Below, piece by piece: positions 8,954 to 19,708 of a DNA stretch of 32,011 nucleotides. The notes under the pieces were generated by a model, which searched no databases, was not told the DNA's origin, and worked only from the letters and a program-made list of their open reading frames with translations. The stretch spans positions 1-32,011 of the forward strand of contig LT642220.1 in the NCBI GenBank assembly GCA_900128585.1, given 5' to 3'. Both the position numbers and the translations under genes were made by a program. How positions within the stretch are numbered: the stretch's first letter is position 1; each line of letters starts with the position of its first letter. This stretch comes from Stramenopiles sp. TOSAG23-3 (Eukaryota).

Positions 8954-10327
8954 TCAAATTTCTTGTTCGTCACAAAAAAACAGAAGATTGTTGTTGAATC
9001 GTACAAGTAACCCAACTTTTATCAACTTTTCAGTTTCTTCTTTGTTTGAAAATACAACATTGTCAACGAAGAATTGCTCAGGCGAGATATTCATGTCTGT
9101 CCATGTTGTGCTGTCAGCTTTAGCATGGTTTGATTTTCTGTTTTGCTCAAGGGACAGTAAGTTTCTGGATTTCCAATGAAAAGAATCCTCTGGAATCCGA
9201 TCTTTGCCACACCAAACGTTAGGAAACTCGCCCAGCAGTTCGTATTTTGTTTGCCACAAATCCATGCTACAGTGGGGATAATGCAGTAGACGCACCGTGC
9301 CTTCTTGGACACTGTCTGCCTCTATGCACGTCAAAGAAGTTTGCTCTGGTCCCGTCATACTGGGCGTGCTATGACGAAAGGAATGGGAACCGTCGGGAAC
9401 GACAGAGCCATGTGAAGTTCCGCAGCGAACGGCACTTTTCCCGTTTGCATACGCAGTAAAATAGTGCTTTCGCTTGCCACTGGGCCAATGCTGGCGCAGA
9501 ACTGCCAAGCTTACATTGGACGGGTTTTCCTTGAAGAGAGATATCTCGGAAAAATAGTCACCTGAACCCCTCTGGGAGAGCTCTGAACGTTCAGGGGCAG
9601 CTTCTAAATTAACAAAGTGGACGATGTCTGCTTGCTCGGGAACGTTGGCAAACCATTTGGCTACGTTGGTAGACCCGTTTCCATCAAAATGCAGCAATTC
9701 ATCAACATCGATGTGCAGGAGCCAATCTACACCGTCCGTGCAAGACAGCCGCAGGCCATACTCTACTGCCAACACTTGTCTGGCTATTAGATCCTGGAAT
9801 ACGTATTCCCCATACTGATCCCAGCACTTTGAAGAATCTTTCAATTCCATAAACCATGCACGGTTGCAGTGGTGAATACGAACACTTTTTTTGTATCTCC
9901 TTCTGAGCTCACCCATGATTCTTGCGTCTGCCCCGTCGTCGTCGATGTCATCAAAAAAAAATTCAATGCATTCAAAACCTAACGCCAGGTGGTGACCGAT
10001 GAAAGAATACAGAGATGCCTCTGGGGGCTGGCGGATCAGCATGGCAATCACGACCCTTTGTCTTCTTTTTATTTCATGCGTCGGCTTTTCCGTCGCCCCG
10101 GGGCAACCATGCAACCGAGGGTCCCCTTGCCCCGCGTCGGCATCGGCGCACTCGTCTTCACCCGTTTCAACTATGACTGCAGCATCCACCGCTTCCTTTG
10201 CCGATTTTAATTGTTTATCCAACCTAGCAAGGCGTTCGGCCAAAAGTAGCTGAGTGCGAGAGGCTTGCCGTTGCGCACGCTCTGCTTTGGCCTGGGTGGC
10301 TTCGTACTCGCCTAGAAAGGAAGTCAT
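8954..10327 (-). CDS. GT-A fold glycosyltransferase (GT2-like / Glyco_tranf_2_4-type) with N-terminal coiled coil
   Basis: FIGHHLALGFECIEFFFDD, DxD motif in DWLLHIDVDELL, AYANGKSAVR, LLHY. First in-frame ATG at 10327. Confidence 0.78.
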   Translation of the reverse strand: MTSFLGEYEATQAKAERAQRQASRTQLLLAERLARLDKQLKSAKEAVDAAVIVETGEDECADADAGQGDPRLHGCPGATEKPTHEIKRRQRVVIAMLIRQPPEASLYSFIGHHLALGFECIEFFFDDIDDDGADARIMGELRRRYKKSVRIHHCNRAWFMELKDSSKCWDQYGEYVFQDLIARQVLAVEYGLRLSCTDGVDWLLHIDVDELLHFDGNGSTNVAKWFANVPEQADIVHFVNLEAAPERSELSQRGSGDYFSEISLFKENPSNVSLAVLRQHWPSGKRKHYFTAYANGKSAVRCGTSHGSVVPDGSHSFRHSTPSMTGPEQTSLTCIEADSVQEGTVRLLHYPHCSMDLWQTKYELLGEFPNVWCGKDRIPEDSFHWKSRNLLSLEQNRKSNHAKADSTTWTDMNISPEQFFVDNVVFSNKEETEKLIKVGLLVRFNNNLLFFCDEQEI

Positions 10328-10810
10328 CGCACCACCATGATACAGCAGCAATACTGATTATACTACACCACAGGGGGTAAGTTCGAAAGTCTGCAAAAAT
10401 ACAAGAACGCTATAGATTACCTCATCAGTAGAAGAACGACTGTGATAAAACAAAAAATCACCGAGCAGTTTTGACTCGTCTTTTTTATGAAGAAGTGTTA
10501 AAGTACAAATTAGTGAGTGTCGCCTAAATATTATTACCAAAACTCATCACTCAAAAATTAAAATTATTAATAATAAATAATTTTATTGTTGTTGTTGTTG
10601 GATGGGGAAAGAAAAATAATATATTTTTTTAGGCCGCCGCCCGCTGCTGCTGCTCGTCTTCTTCCTTCTCGGAATTCATATTTTATACCGGGTATCCTTC
10701 ACACTGATATTAATACTATTATAATGTGCCGAGATACGGCTGATATCTCTTCACTCAGGCCAGAATATCGTACTAAGGTATATTAATAATAATGCCTGAG
10801 TGGGAACACA

Positions 10811-12638
10811 TTAATGAAATATGATGTACTGAACGATAGCAAAGAGCGTGATGAACAAGGCCCCAACTTTCACCATTTTCCATGGTTTGTCGTAATTTTT
10901 TGCGCCATCATTAAAATCGATTCCCTTAAGGTCCCCGGGCGACCCAACATCTATCATTTCAACGTACTCATTGTTGTCGAGGGGGCGAGAAGATGATTTT
11001 TGAACCCGCCGCAACATCTTTTGGATTTCAAATTCTTCCAATGGCCAAAAATGCCCGTGAACAATCATCGTAAGTATTCCGCTGCTTGCAGCAATCCCAG
11101 TTGCGTACAAAGAGTGAATCTCTGCTTTTTTGATACACGCTGGTAGTACCCATCTGAAAAAGATGAAAGTGACTGCGGTTACAGCACTGCAAACGTGCGC
11201 TGCGCGCGGCCGCAGGTGGTTGAAGCTATACCGCGTCCCGAGCAAAGTAAAGTCCATGGTCCCACACACGTATAGGACAAACACCGGCGCATTCCAAAGC
11301 CCATTTACGCTAACAAGAAAAGCATACGCAGCAGGGGTGAACATGAAGAAGGGGGCCACAGTCAGGGCAAAGCCTCCCGTAAATATCCCCACATTTCTTG
11401 CAACTTTGAACAACTTCTCTTCAGACGCTGTTGGGTTGATCCAAACTTTGTAAATGTCCAGCGTCAACATCTGCGCTATCGTGTTGAGGTTGCTGTTGAA
11501 CGTACTAAGCACTGCTCCGATAATCACAGCAGCGAATATGCCCATCGACCATTCTGGCAATACTTTTTTCATGAGCCTGGGGTACGCTTCGTCGGTGTTG
11601 CCTTTCAGTTCCACACCATCTTCACGCAGGATGTGAAAGGCAATAATTCCAGGAAGCACAATGATCCAAGGGACCAAGACCTTCAGGAAGCCTGCGACTA
11701 CTGTGCCTTTTTGACCATGGTGCAAGTTTTTCGCAGCAAGCGTTCGCTGGATGATGACTTGCTGCATGCACCAATAGTACATTTGAATAACGGGCATCCC
11801 AAAAAAAATCGAAGGGTAGGGTATGGTCGAAGTTGCCCCACCAACCATGTTGAACTTGTCTTTGTTGCTAGAGTACAAAATCGAGGCCCCTTCGAAAACA
11901 CTCCCTTTTCCAATATAGGACAGCCCAAGCATGGGCACGGATAAACCTCCAACAAACATCCCCACACCATTTATAGTGTCCGAAATTGCGACTGCTTTCA
12001 AGCCACCGACGACAGCATAGAGTGCACCAAGCAGGCCCGTAAACCAAATAGTGACGGAGAGCACTGCAAACTTTCCCCACTGACCTTGCCAACCAATTTG
12101 TTTCTGCAAACCAAAAATCTGATCAAAAGCGACTGCGCCGGTGTAGACTGCTGCTGGCATCTCTTGAAGGACACCCCCGACTAGGAAGCAACCACAAACG
12201 ATTGTATGGGTCCAGCGATCAAACCGCTTTTTCAAGTATTCCGGTGTCGTCGCAACGTCTGCTGCCCAATATTTAGGGAGGAAGTGGACCGCGGTTAAGG
12301 CGCAGGCAATTGCAGAGAGGACTTCCCAGCCGGCGACGACCAAGCTAGGAAATCATCAAAGAAGAAGAGACGGGATACGAGGACGTGTTAGTAAAGATAA
12401 ATACGAATGGTGCAACAGAATCCACTTACCCTTCTGTGTATGCCACACCATTCATGGACACCAAGTGCATTGCCGATAAATTTGTCAGCATCAGCGATCC
12501 AGCGACGATACCCCAGTGTAACTCTCTCCCTGCCAAAAAGAAGGAATCAGCGGTTTCGTATTCATCGTCCCGAACATAATAGTAAGTGACCGCACCGACG
12601 AGAACGGTGATGAACACGAATGACAAAACAACAATCAT
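10811..12638 (-). CDS. Sodium:solute symporter (SSS/SLC5 family, YidK-like); two exons 12638-12430 and 12344-10811, 580 aa
   Basis: SSS motifs FFLAGR, SLMLTNLS, PEYLKKRFD, YAVVGGLKAVAISDTIN, YYWCMQQVIIQRTLAA, GAVLSTFNS..TLDIY. Splicing joins YTEG|LVVAGWE in frame. Confidence 0.93.
12345..12429 (-). other. Spliceosomal intron (85 nt) in the SSS gene
   Basis: Minus strand: GTAAGT donor at 12429, TACTAAC branch point at 12393-12387, CTAG acceptor ending at 12345. Removal restores the reading frame. Confidence 0.9.
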
Positions 12639-12888
12639 GTTATCTATTACATGAAGTCTGCAAGAACGATAGAGCGTGAAAAAAAGGAAGGATTCCTTCG
12701 ATTCCATAGAGTAATCACCTTTTTTTTCTTTTTCAATCCTTCGTTATATGTCTGTGTGAGAACGAAAGAATTAATTTAAAACAAATAATAATGAAATCAT
12801 CCTCCAACCAAAAAAAAAAAAGAGAAGAAGTTTTGTTGAGTCCTTCTTCTTCTTCTGCGCTGCTGCTGACTTCATTTGCTGTGATGAC

Positions 12889-12993
12889 GAAGAAAGAAGA
12901 ATGAAGAAAGAAGAAAGAAGAAAGAAGAATGAAGAAAGAAGAAAGAAGAAAGAAGAAAGAAGAAAGAAGAAAAAAAAAGAGAAAAAAAAGAGA
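12889..12993. repeat. Purine-rich (AAGAAAG)n / (GAA)n microsatellite
   Basis: Direct reading of the tandem repeat. Confidence 0.95.
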
Positions 12994-13125
12994 ATAATAG
13001 ATCATCGGTGGCCGGTGGCCATGAATATTTATTTTCATCATTCTATTTCTATATTATATTTATTTTTGGATTCTATTTCTATTTCTATATTAAAATTAAA
13101 TTAATTTTTTTCTGACATTTTCGAC

Positions 13126-13385
13126 ATTCTTTTTTCTTCTTCTTTCTTCTTCTTTCTTCTTCTTCTTCTTCTTCTTCTTTCTTCTTCTATCTTCTTCTAT
13201 CTTCTTCTTCTTCTTCTTCTTCTTCTTCTTCTTCTTCTTCTTCTTTCTTCTTCTTCTTCTTCTTCTTCTTCTTCTTCTNNNNNNNNNNNNNNNNNNNNNN
13301 NNNNNNNTTCTTCTTCTTCTTTCTTCTTCTTCTTCTTCTTCTTCTTCTTCTTCTTCTTCTTCTTCTTCTTCTTCTTCTTCTTCTT
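13126..13385. repeat. (TTC)n microsatellite containing an assembly gap (N 13279-13307)
   Basis: Direct reading. True length is unknown because of the gap. Confidence 0.95.
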
Positions 13386-13649
13386 TGTTGAGGTTGAGGT
13401 TGAGAAGAGAGACCACCGGATTATTACCGTACCCGTTGAATAATAAAAAAAACAAACCACCACCATAAGTCAAAAAAAAATCCACGACGAGTTAGGTTGA
13501 TTAGTGTTCGGTTTCGCCTCCTCTGCAGTTTGTTGATCTTCTTTGTTGTGCAGTGCCTGTGGCCCCGAGACCCGGGTCGTGTCTTAGATTTTAAAAACAA
13601 AACGTTGGCGCGTTTCGTAAAAGCAAGTTGGTTCGATTGCGTGGGTAGT

Positions 13650-14450
13650 ATGAAACGAAAGGAAACGGAAACTTCGGCAAAGGGCGAAACGAAGAAGCAA
13701 AAGGGCATTCCTGCGCGGGAGAAAACGAACTTTGTATTTACGGAAGAAAACTTTCGGAAACCTAATTTTCCCCCTGGACTAAAAGTGCTGGATGTGCCCC
13801 TGGTTGTAGCGACGGACGAGACTCTGAAGGGGTTTGGAAAAATCATTTCGTCGGCCAACGAGCTGACTGTAGAGAAAAACAATTTCGAAATCGTCAAGTG
13901 GCCTGTGTCTGGGTGGCGAAAGCTGGATCCAGGCACTGGGGACGAAGCGGGCACAACGGAAGGGGAGTTTTTAGTTCACTGGCAAGGCGATTTTTTCCAC
14001 GGGAAAAATCTGGCAGTAGCCACTACGAACAATGTGTATTTAGACGGATTGGGTGCTATGCCCGAGAAAGCGTCGAGGCGCGACGAGGAAGCCGCCAACA
14101 CCGGAAATATTTTTCTTTGGATGTCAGATTACCATCCGGACGGGGGCCAGCTATTTTACCCTTTTGTCCCTGTCCCGTTCGTCGTTTGCCTTGGTCCAGC
14201 GTCATGCGGAGATGACGTCACACCACAAGACATGAGGGCGTTTTACGTGCCTAAAGGAAAAGGCGTGTACTTTCACCCTGGAACATGGCACAACGGCGTC
14301 TATATTGAACGAAAATACTCCCCGGCCCGATTTTTGACGCGGCAGGGAAGAGTCCATGGAAGAATCTCTTGTAGTTGGGCGACCGAATTCAAAACGATGC
14401 TGCGAGTCCCACTGAAGAACCCAGAGGGAGAAGGTTTGCAAGAAAAATGA
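13650..14450 (+). CDS. Ureidoglycolate lyase/hydrolase-like cupin protein
   Basis: ATDETLKGFG, WPVSGWRKLDPGTGDEAGTTEG, YHPDGGQLFYP, GDDVTPQDMRAF, GVYFHPGTWH. First ATG at 13650. Confidence 0.75.
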   Translation: MKRKETETSAKGETKKQKGIPAREKTNFVFTEENFRKPNFPPGLKVLDVPLVVATDETLKGFGKIISSANELTVEKNNFEIVKWPVSGWRKLDPGTGDEAGTTEGEFLVHWQGDFFHGKNLAVATTNNVYLDGLGAMPEKASRRDEEAANTGNIFLWMSDYHPDGGQLFYPFVPVPFVVCLGPASCGDDVTPQDMRAFYVPKGKGVYFHPGTWHNGVYIERKYSPARFLTRQGRVHGRISCSWATEFKTMLRVPLKNPEGEGLQEK

Positions 14451-15181
14451 AAGTAGACGGGGCGCGCGTGTAAAATAAAAAATTGAACAGAACGTGCTCG
14501 CATACCCGCACACAGGCCGTGTTTGCCACACTAATGGCAGTGACCACAATCTGTTACATTCCCCGTAACTGAAAAACTGTCGCCGTCACCACACGTTCGA
14601 ATTGACCAGACAATAGCTACACCATTTCACCATTTCATCCCCCACCTCCCCAGCCCCCCTCCACCATTATGCAGTGTATATTTATACGAGGATATACCAC
14701 AAAATAGCTAAAAGTTTTCTTTCATGTTGGGTCGGATAGATAATTAATAATTGGTAAAATAATCCAGTGGATTCATTAATTCATCGTGAGAATATATAAT
14801 AATAAAATAACGACGTAGCAGGCAGCAGCAGGGAAGAGAAGGAGAAAAAATGAGGAGGAAAAAGATATAGAAGAAGCTTTTCTCTTTAAAGAAGAAAGGG
14901 GGTATTCTAGTTTAATACAAGTACTTAAATATACCTATCAATGAAAACAGTCTTGTAGTATGGGCTTTTAGCTTAAAAAAACGAAGAAGAAGATAATAAC
15001 GTTTTGTTAAAAAGCTTCTCTCGTTAAAAAAAGTGCTGATCTTTCTTTACCATTTGCTTTCTTATCTTGTAGAAATTAAGTGGAAAGACACCGTTCAGTT
15101 TTATGATTTTTGTTATAGTTTATGTTCGTCGAGCTTGTTTAAACAAGCTAATAATATATATATCAATTCAGCATAGTTAGC

Positions 15182-15937
15182 ATGGTTTTGTCACAGCGTT
15201 TTTGTATAGTTGTCGTTGTACTGGTGGCGTTGTTCGTCCTGTGCCCCTCGCAAGCGGAGCGCCTTCGTGCCCCGTTGGCGACGTCGTTGGCGCAAAAAGA
15301 AATCGAGATATCGTCCGCAGAGGGGGAGGTGGACAGTGATATTAGTGCAAGTACCGGTAGCACGGGTTCGTCCGAGGGTGCGATGGGATTTCCGACTGAC
15401 TTGAAGTCCAAGTATGTGGATACCGTTAGTAATAGTTCGTCGTTGGCCGAGCAGCCCAAGCAACCCGAGGCGCCACGCGAAACTGTAATCACCACGTCGG
15501 ACAAGGAGAATTTTATCCATCCCACGGAGACCGTCCCCACGCATAACTCAGAGGGACGACTTTACGTCGCGAACGTAAACGATACCGTTTTGGACACGCA
15601 CGAGGACGTGAACTGCTGCCACTCGGAACATATTCGTTTGGCGTGCTGTCCCGTAGTCGGCGAGGCGAGCCCACAGCTGCAGCAAAAAATAGAAAAGTAC
15701 AAGAAGTCCAAGCGAAGATACGCGAGGCTGGAAGAAAAAATGAAAAAGGCAGGGAAGATGATCGAAGCCGCCGAGAGGGAGGTCATCATGCAGCGGGAAG
15801 CAGAGGATATGGCCAAGGTTAAAAAAGTGGAAGAGAAGAAAAAGTACGACGAGGGCCTGGACATCAAGATTCCGCCCACCTACCAGCACAAGCACAATTA
15901 CGCAAACGTCATTGAGGACCTTGCCGTGCCTGTGTAA
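15182..15937 (+). CDS. Secreted hypothetical protein (signal peptide, Ser/Thr-rich linker, CC..CC motif, coiled coil)
   Basis: GC-rich 251-codon ORF between AT-rich flanks. N-terminal hydrophobic signal MVLSQRFCIVVVVLVALFVLCPSQA. Confidence 0.75.
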   Translation: MVLSQRFCIVVVVLVALFVLCPSQAERLRAPLATSLAQKEIEISSAEGEVDSDISASTGSTGSSEGAMGFPTDLKSKYVDTVSNSSSLAEQPKQPEAPRETVITTSDKENFIHPTETVPTHNSEGRLYVANVNDTVLDTHEDVNCCHSEHIRLACCPVVGEASPQLQQKIEKYKKSKRRYARLEEKMKKAGKMIEAAEREVIMQREAEDMAKVKKVEEKKKYDEGLDIKIPPTYQHKHNYANVIEDLAVPV

Positions 15938-16242
15938 AGTTAATGTGTGAGTCTGTGTCGCCGATTATTTGTTTAATAATAGTAAATGAGAAGTGTAATT
16001 CTGTCTAGGTTTACATTTAAGTTATTTTTGATTTTGGTGATCGAAAAGGAGTGTGATCAATTTCTTTCGTTCGCTCCTGAGTTTCTTATTTCTTACCACC
16101 GTATTTTTTTACGACACAACAGTCGTCACTCACAGTCACGCAGATGGTCATTTCATTATTTGATTGGATATTCGTCTCTATATAATTGTAGTACTTGAAG
16201 CTTTATTAATATATTAAAAAGTGGGGAGTGAGGTGGCAGGTG

Positions 16243-16763
16243 TTCTTTCTTCTTCTTCTTCTTTCTTCTTCTTCTTCTTCTTCTTTCTCTCTTTCTTTCT
16301 TCTTCTTCTTCTTCTTCTTCTTCTTCTTTCTTCTTCTTTCTTCTTCTTCTTCTTCTTCTTCTTCTTCTTCTNNNNNNNNNNNNNNNNNNNNNNNNNNNNN
16401 NNNNNNNNNNNNNNNNNNNNNNNNNNNNNNNNNNNNNNNNNNNNNNNNNNNNNNNNNNNNNNNNNNNNNNNNNNNNNNNNNNNNNNNNNNNNNNNNNNNN
16501 NNNNNNNNNNNNNNNNNTCTTCTTCTTCTTCTTCTTCTTCTTCTTCTTCTTCTTTCTTCTTCTTCTTCTTCTTCTCTCTTCTTCTTCTTCTTTCTTCGTT
16601 CTTCTTTCTTCTTCTTCTTCTTTTTTTTTTTATTTCTTCTTCTTTCTTCTTCTTCTTCTTCTTCTTCTTCTTTCTTCTTCTTCTTCTTCTTCTTCTTCTT
16701 TCTTCTTCTTCTTCTTCTTCTCTCTTCTTCTTCTTCTTTCTTCTTCTTCTTCTTCTTCTTTCT

Positions 16764-16795
<32 letters not shown>

Positions 16796-16811
16796 TTCTT
16801 CTTCTTCTTCT
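16243..16811. repeat. Long imperfect (TTC)n microsatellite containing an assembly gap (N 16372-16517)
   Basis: Direct reading. Confidence 0.95.
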
Positions 16812-17262
16812 TTGCTTTATTCGTTACAATATAAAGTGTTGAAAAAATAAAACAAAAGTTCAACAAGTATAAATATATACAGGACAACAATATCGGTCGG
16901 TACCAGGTATTAATACCCAGGTACGGTATAATTATATAAATAAAATTAAAAAAAGACGAATGTTCTTCTTCTTCTTTCCATCTCATCCATCATCCGTTTA
17001 CCGGTATATTATAATTATCACATATTTTTTAAATGTGTTCGGTTGTTTCACCCTCACATTTGTATATAAAACAAAAAGTGTGATCATCTAATTATAGACA
17101 TGAGATCATTATTCTTAAACAAGATATAATTTCAATCCATATAAGTATATGCATTAATTGGTCTTTTGAATTGGAAGATAAATCTATATATCTATATATA
17201 ATATACAACAAAAAAAGCAACGGAAGCAGAACTACTGAACGGCAGTACATACATAAAAAACA

Positions 17263-18243
17263 ATGGATTCCCGTTCGCGGCAGTACACTCCCCGCTTACG
17301 AGATCGTAAAGCGAGTACAAAATTACTAGTAGGGTCACTCTTTGGCGGTCCCCCCCCGGTCTCTCCCATTAAAAAAATGTCATTCTCACGTGCCTCGTCT
17401 TCGTCACCAAGAGGGTATCCGGTGCCTCCCTCATCCCGGAGAAGCCGGTCGGACAGCCGGTCAAGTCACGGGAGCAGCCCACGGCGGCGGCGGCAGCGGG
17501 CGACCCCAAGGGCGATTCCGAAAAAGTTGAGCCCGCGATTGGAACGGTGGGAAAAAAGGAGGCACATCGCTTTGAACCACCCCCACCTGATGGTAAACCG
17601 CAGGTGCAACCCGGCCGAAATATCGCCGCAGTTGACCCTTCTCCTGTGCGACAACACGCGAATGCTGATGTCGGCGTTCAAGAAGTACGATTACGACGGG
17701 AGTGGAACGCTAGACCGTCAGGAATTTCGAGACATGATAATGAAAATGGCCAAGCGGGAGCACTTTTCCCTCACGTGCCAAGACGCCGACATGATCATGC
17801 AAGCCTTTGATGCGGACAAGAGTGGATTTATAGACCGGTGGGAACTGGGGCAAGGGATTCAAAATGCGCATAGCGTTTGCACGTACGACACGTTGAATAG
17901 ACGTTTGCCCCCAAAGCAATCCAGGGGAGAGACGATGTCGCAGCGCCTTGGGTTGACCGCACCCCCCGTTCCACCCAACTTTGGACAGGACATTTACCAG
18001 CAGCGCCTGCAAAATGAAATGCAGTACAGCACAGCGCCGTACATGTCCCCTCGTACGCCACTGCTGTTCAACAAGGCACCTACGCAGCGTAGAAACGATT
18101 TCTTGAGAAAACAAAAAGCAAAGTTTGAGGAATCGTTGGCTCATAAAACCGAAAATCTCATGACAAGATACAAAGAGTCCACTTTAAGTGACCATGGACC
18201 GGTGCTGAAGAAAGGGTTGTTTTCAAGCAGGGCTTTGTATTAA
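17263..18243 (+). CDS. EF-hand calcium-binding protein (two EF-hands) with Ser/Arg-rich basic N-terminus
   Basis: Canonical loops DYDGSGTLDRQE and DADKSGFIDRWE. Confidence 0.85.
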   Translation: MDSRSRQYTPRLRDRKASTKLLVGSLFGGPPPVSPIKKMSFSRASSSSPRGYPVPPSSRRSRSDSRSSHGSSPRRRRQRATPRAIPKKLSPRLERWEKRRHIALNHPHLMVNRRCNPAEISPQLTLLLCDNTRMLMSAFKKYDYDGSGTLDRQEFRDMIMKMAKREHFSLTCQDADMIMQAFDADKSGFIDRWELGQGIQNAHSVCTYDTLNRRLPPKQSRGETMSQRLGLTAPPVPPNFGQDIYQQRLQNEMQYSTAPYMSPRTPLLFNKAPTQRRNDFLRKQKAKFEESLAHKTENLMTRYKESTLSDHGPVLKKGLFSSRALY

Positions 18244-18690
18244 AAATGGTCATTGATAGGTAAACAAAAATGGATTTTAATTATAAATATTCATACTCTA
18301 TAAATAAAATATTTATAATTAATAAGAGGCTACCCACCACATCACCACAGCCCACAGCCCAGCTAAGCCCAGCAAAAAATAATTGTGTGGTGGTCGGTCG
18401 CGGTGGCCAAAAAAAAAAAGGCACGTTCACTCGATGCAATGCATGCAGGGAAAGGGAAAACATGGTAGAGATTCTATTCAACGAAGCGTCTGTCCTGGAG
18501 TAGTTAGGTAGAGTATTCAAGGGAACAGTTGAAAATTGAAACAGCGACGTTGGAGGCATTGATTAAGTTGGTAGTAATAACTACTTAACGTATTGTGTAT
18601 AAACGAGCACGGGTGGTTGTTGGTTCATTGCGTTACCGTATGGGGCTTTGGTAGTTTCTCTTCGTTGTGTTTGTATATATAATTGTTGGT

Positions 18691-19292
18691 ATGGAAAGCG
18701 ATCGGGGAAAAGTAGCAGAGAAAATTGAAACGAAAGCAAAAGCGTGTGCCCCAGCAGGTGGCATACATGAAGAAAAAGGGCAGGAAAAATCAAGAAAGGA
18801 CGAAAAAAACAGCCCTGTGAGTCCGTCGAAGAAAAGGAGCCGTAGCGAAGTGGAGGACTCACCGGACGAAGCCGGAGGCAACGTGTTGTCCACCAGCGAC
18901 GAGGCGACGTTGAAGCTTTTAAAGCACGTAGGTAAGTAAATGCCCCCCCCTCCCCTTATCGATCTCCCTTTCTACGGTTAGAAAATTGTGTATATGATGA
19001 CAAACTACGGGCGTTTTCGTTGAACTTTCAACGCTGAGAGACTTCCATCTTCTGTGCTTATTCGCTGCTAGTTACACCTGATACACCAATAATCGTAGGA
19101 GGCTATTTTTCTCATCAACTTTTGAAACCCAAAAACGCTTTTCTAACATTTGCCCCCCTCCCCCGCAACCAAACGCTTGCAGAACCATTAAGAACATACA
19201 AGCGCGCAAAACGGAACCGTCGTCCCAGTGTATTGGTAACGAAAGCACATCTAGCAAATGCGTTGGCTGGTGCGCTGGAAGAAATGCTATAA
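18691..19292 (+). CDS. Small charged hypothetical protein; predicted exons 18691-18931 and 19183-19292, 116 aa
   Basis: Coding-like exon 1 ends at a GTAAGT donor (18932). TTCTAAC branch-like site at 19141-19147, a C-rich tract and a TTGCAG acceptor ending at 19182 give an in-frame exon 2 (EPLRTYKRAKRNRRPSVLVTKAHLANALAGALEEML*). Confidence 0.55.
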
Positions 19293-19627
19293 GATAAGCA
19301 AAACAACAATTATTTTACAAAAAAATGATGATGATGTTTTTGTTTATTTTTTTGTAATTCGTATATATATTTTTGTACATAGAAAATTCAAAACTTATCA
19401 GATGAATGTAATATTTAATAAATTGAGAGAAGAAGACGAAGAAACAACAAAAATAAAAAAAGATTTTTGTATTATAATATGTATCAAACAGAATGTTGAC
19501 AAAATCCTCGCCGCGAGCGGCGGCGGCGGCGTCGCTCGTCTCTCCTCGCTCCTCCCGCCACCACCATCCGAAAATGTTTCTTTTTGTTTCCTTTTTAAAT
19601 TAATACATCTATCTATGTAATAGAGAA

Positions 19628-19652
19628 GAAACGAAACGAAACGAAACGAAAC
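19628..19652. repeat. (GAAAC)5 pentanucleotide repeat just upstream of POP1
   Basis: Direct reading. Confidence 0.85.
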
Positions 19653-19708
19653 CATAAAATAATGTGAACTCGAAAGCATTATTTCCGAAACGAAAACATT
19701 TCGGAACG

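Noticed and set aside
12733-13485. Poly-E/K/R/F/S/L ORFs over the repeats (also 16221-16986, 25808-26559, 27676-28144)
   Set aside because: They are translations of TTC/GAA microsatellites and N gaps. These repeats lack stop codons and show no coding signal.
14451-14700. Moderately GC-rich stretch after the cupin gene (and 18325-18660) as ncRNA or an extra exon
   Set aside because: No tRNA, snRNA or SECIS pattern and no convincing splice-joined frame could be identified by eye.
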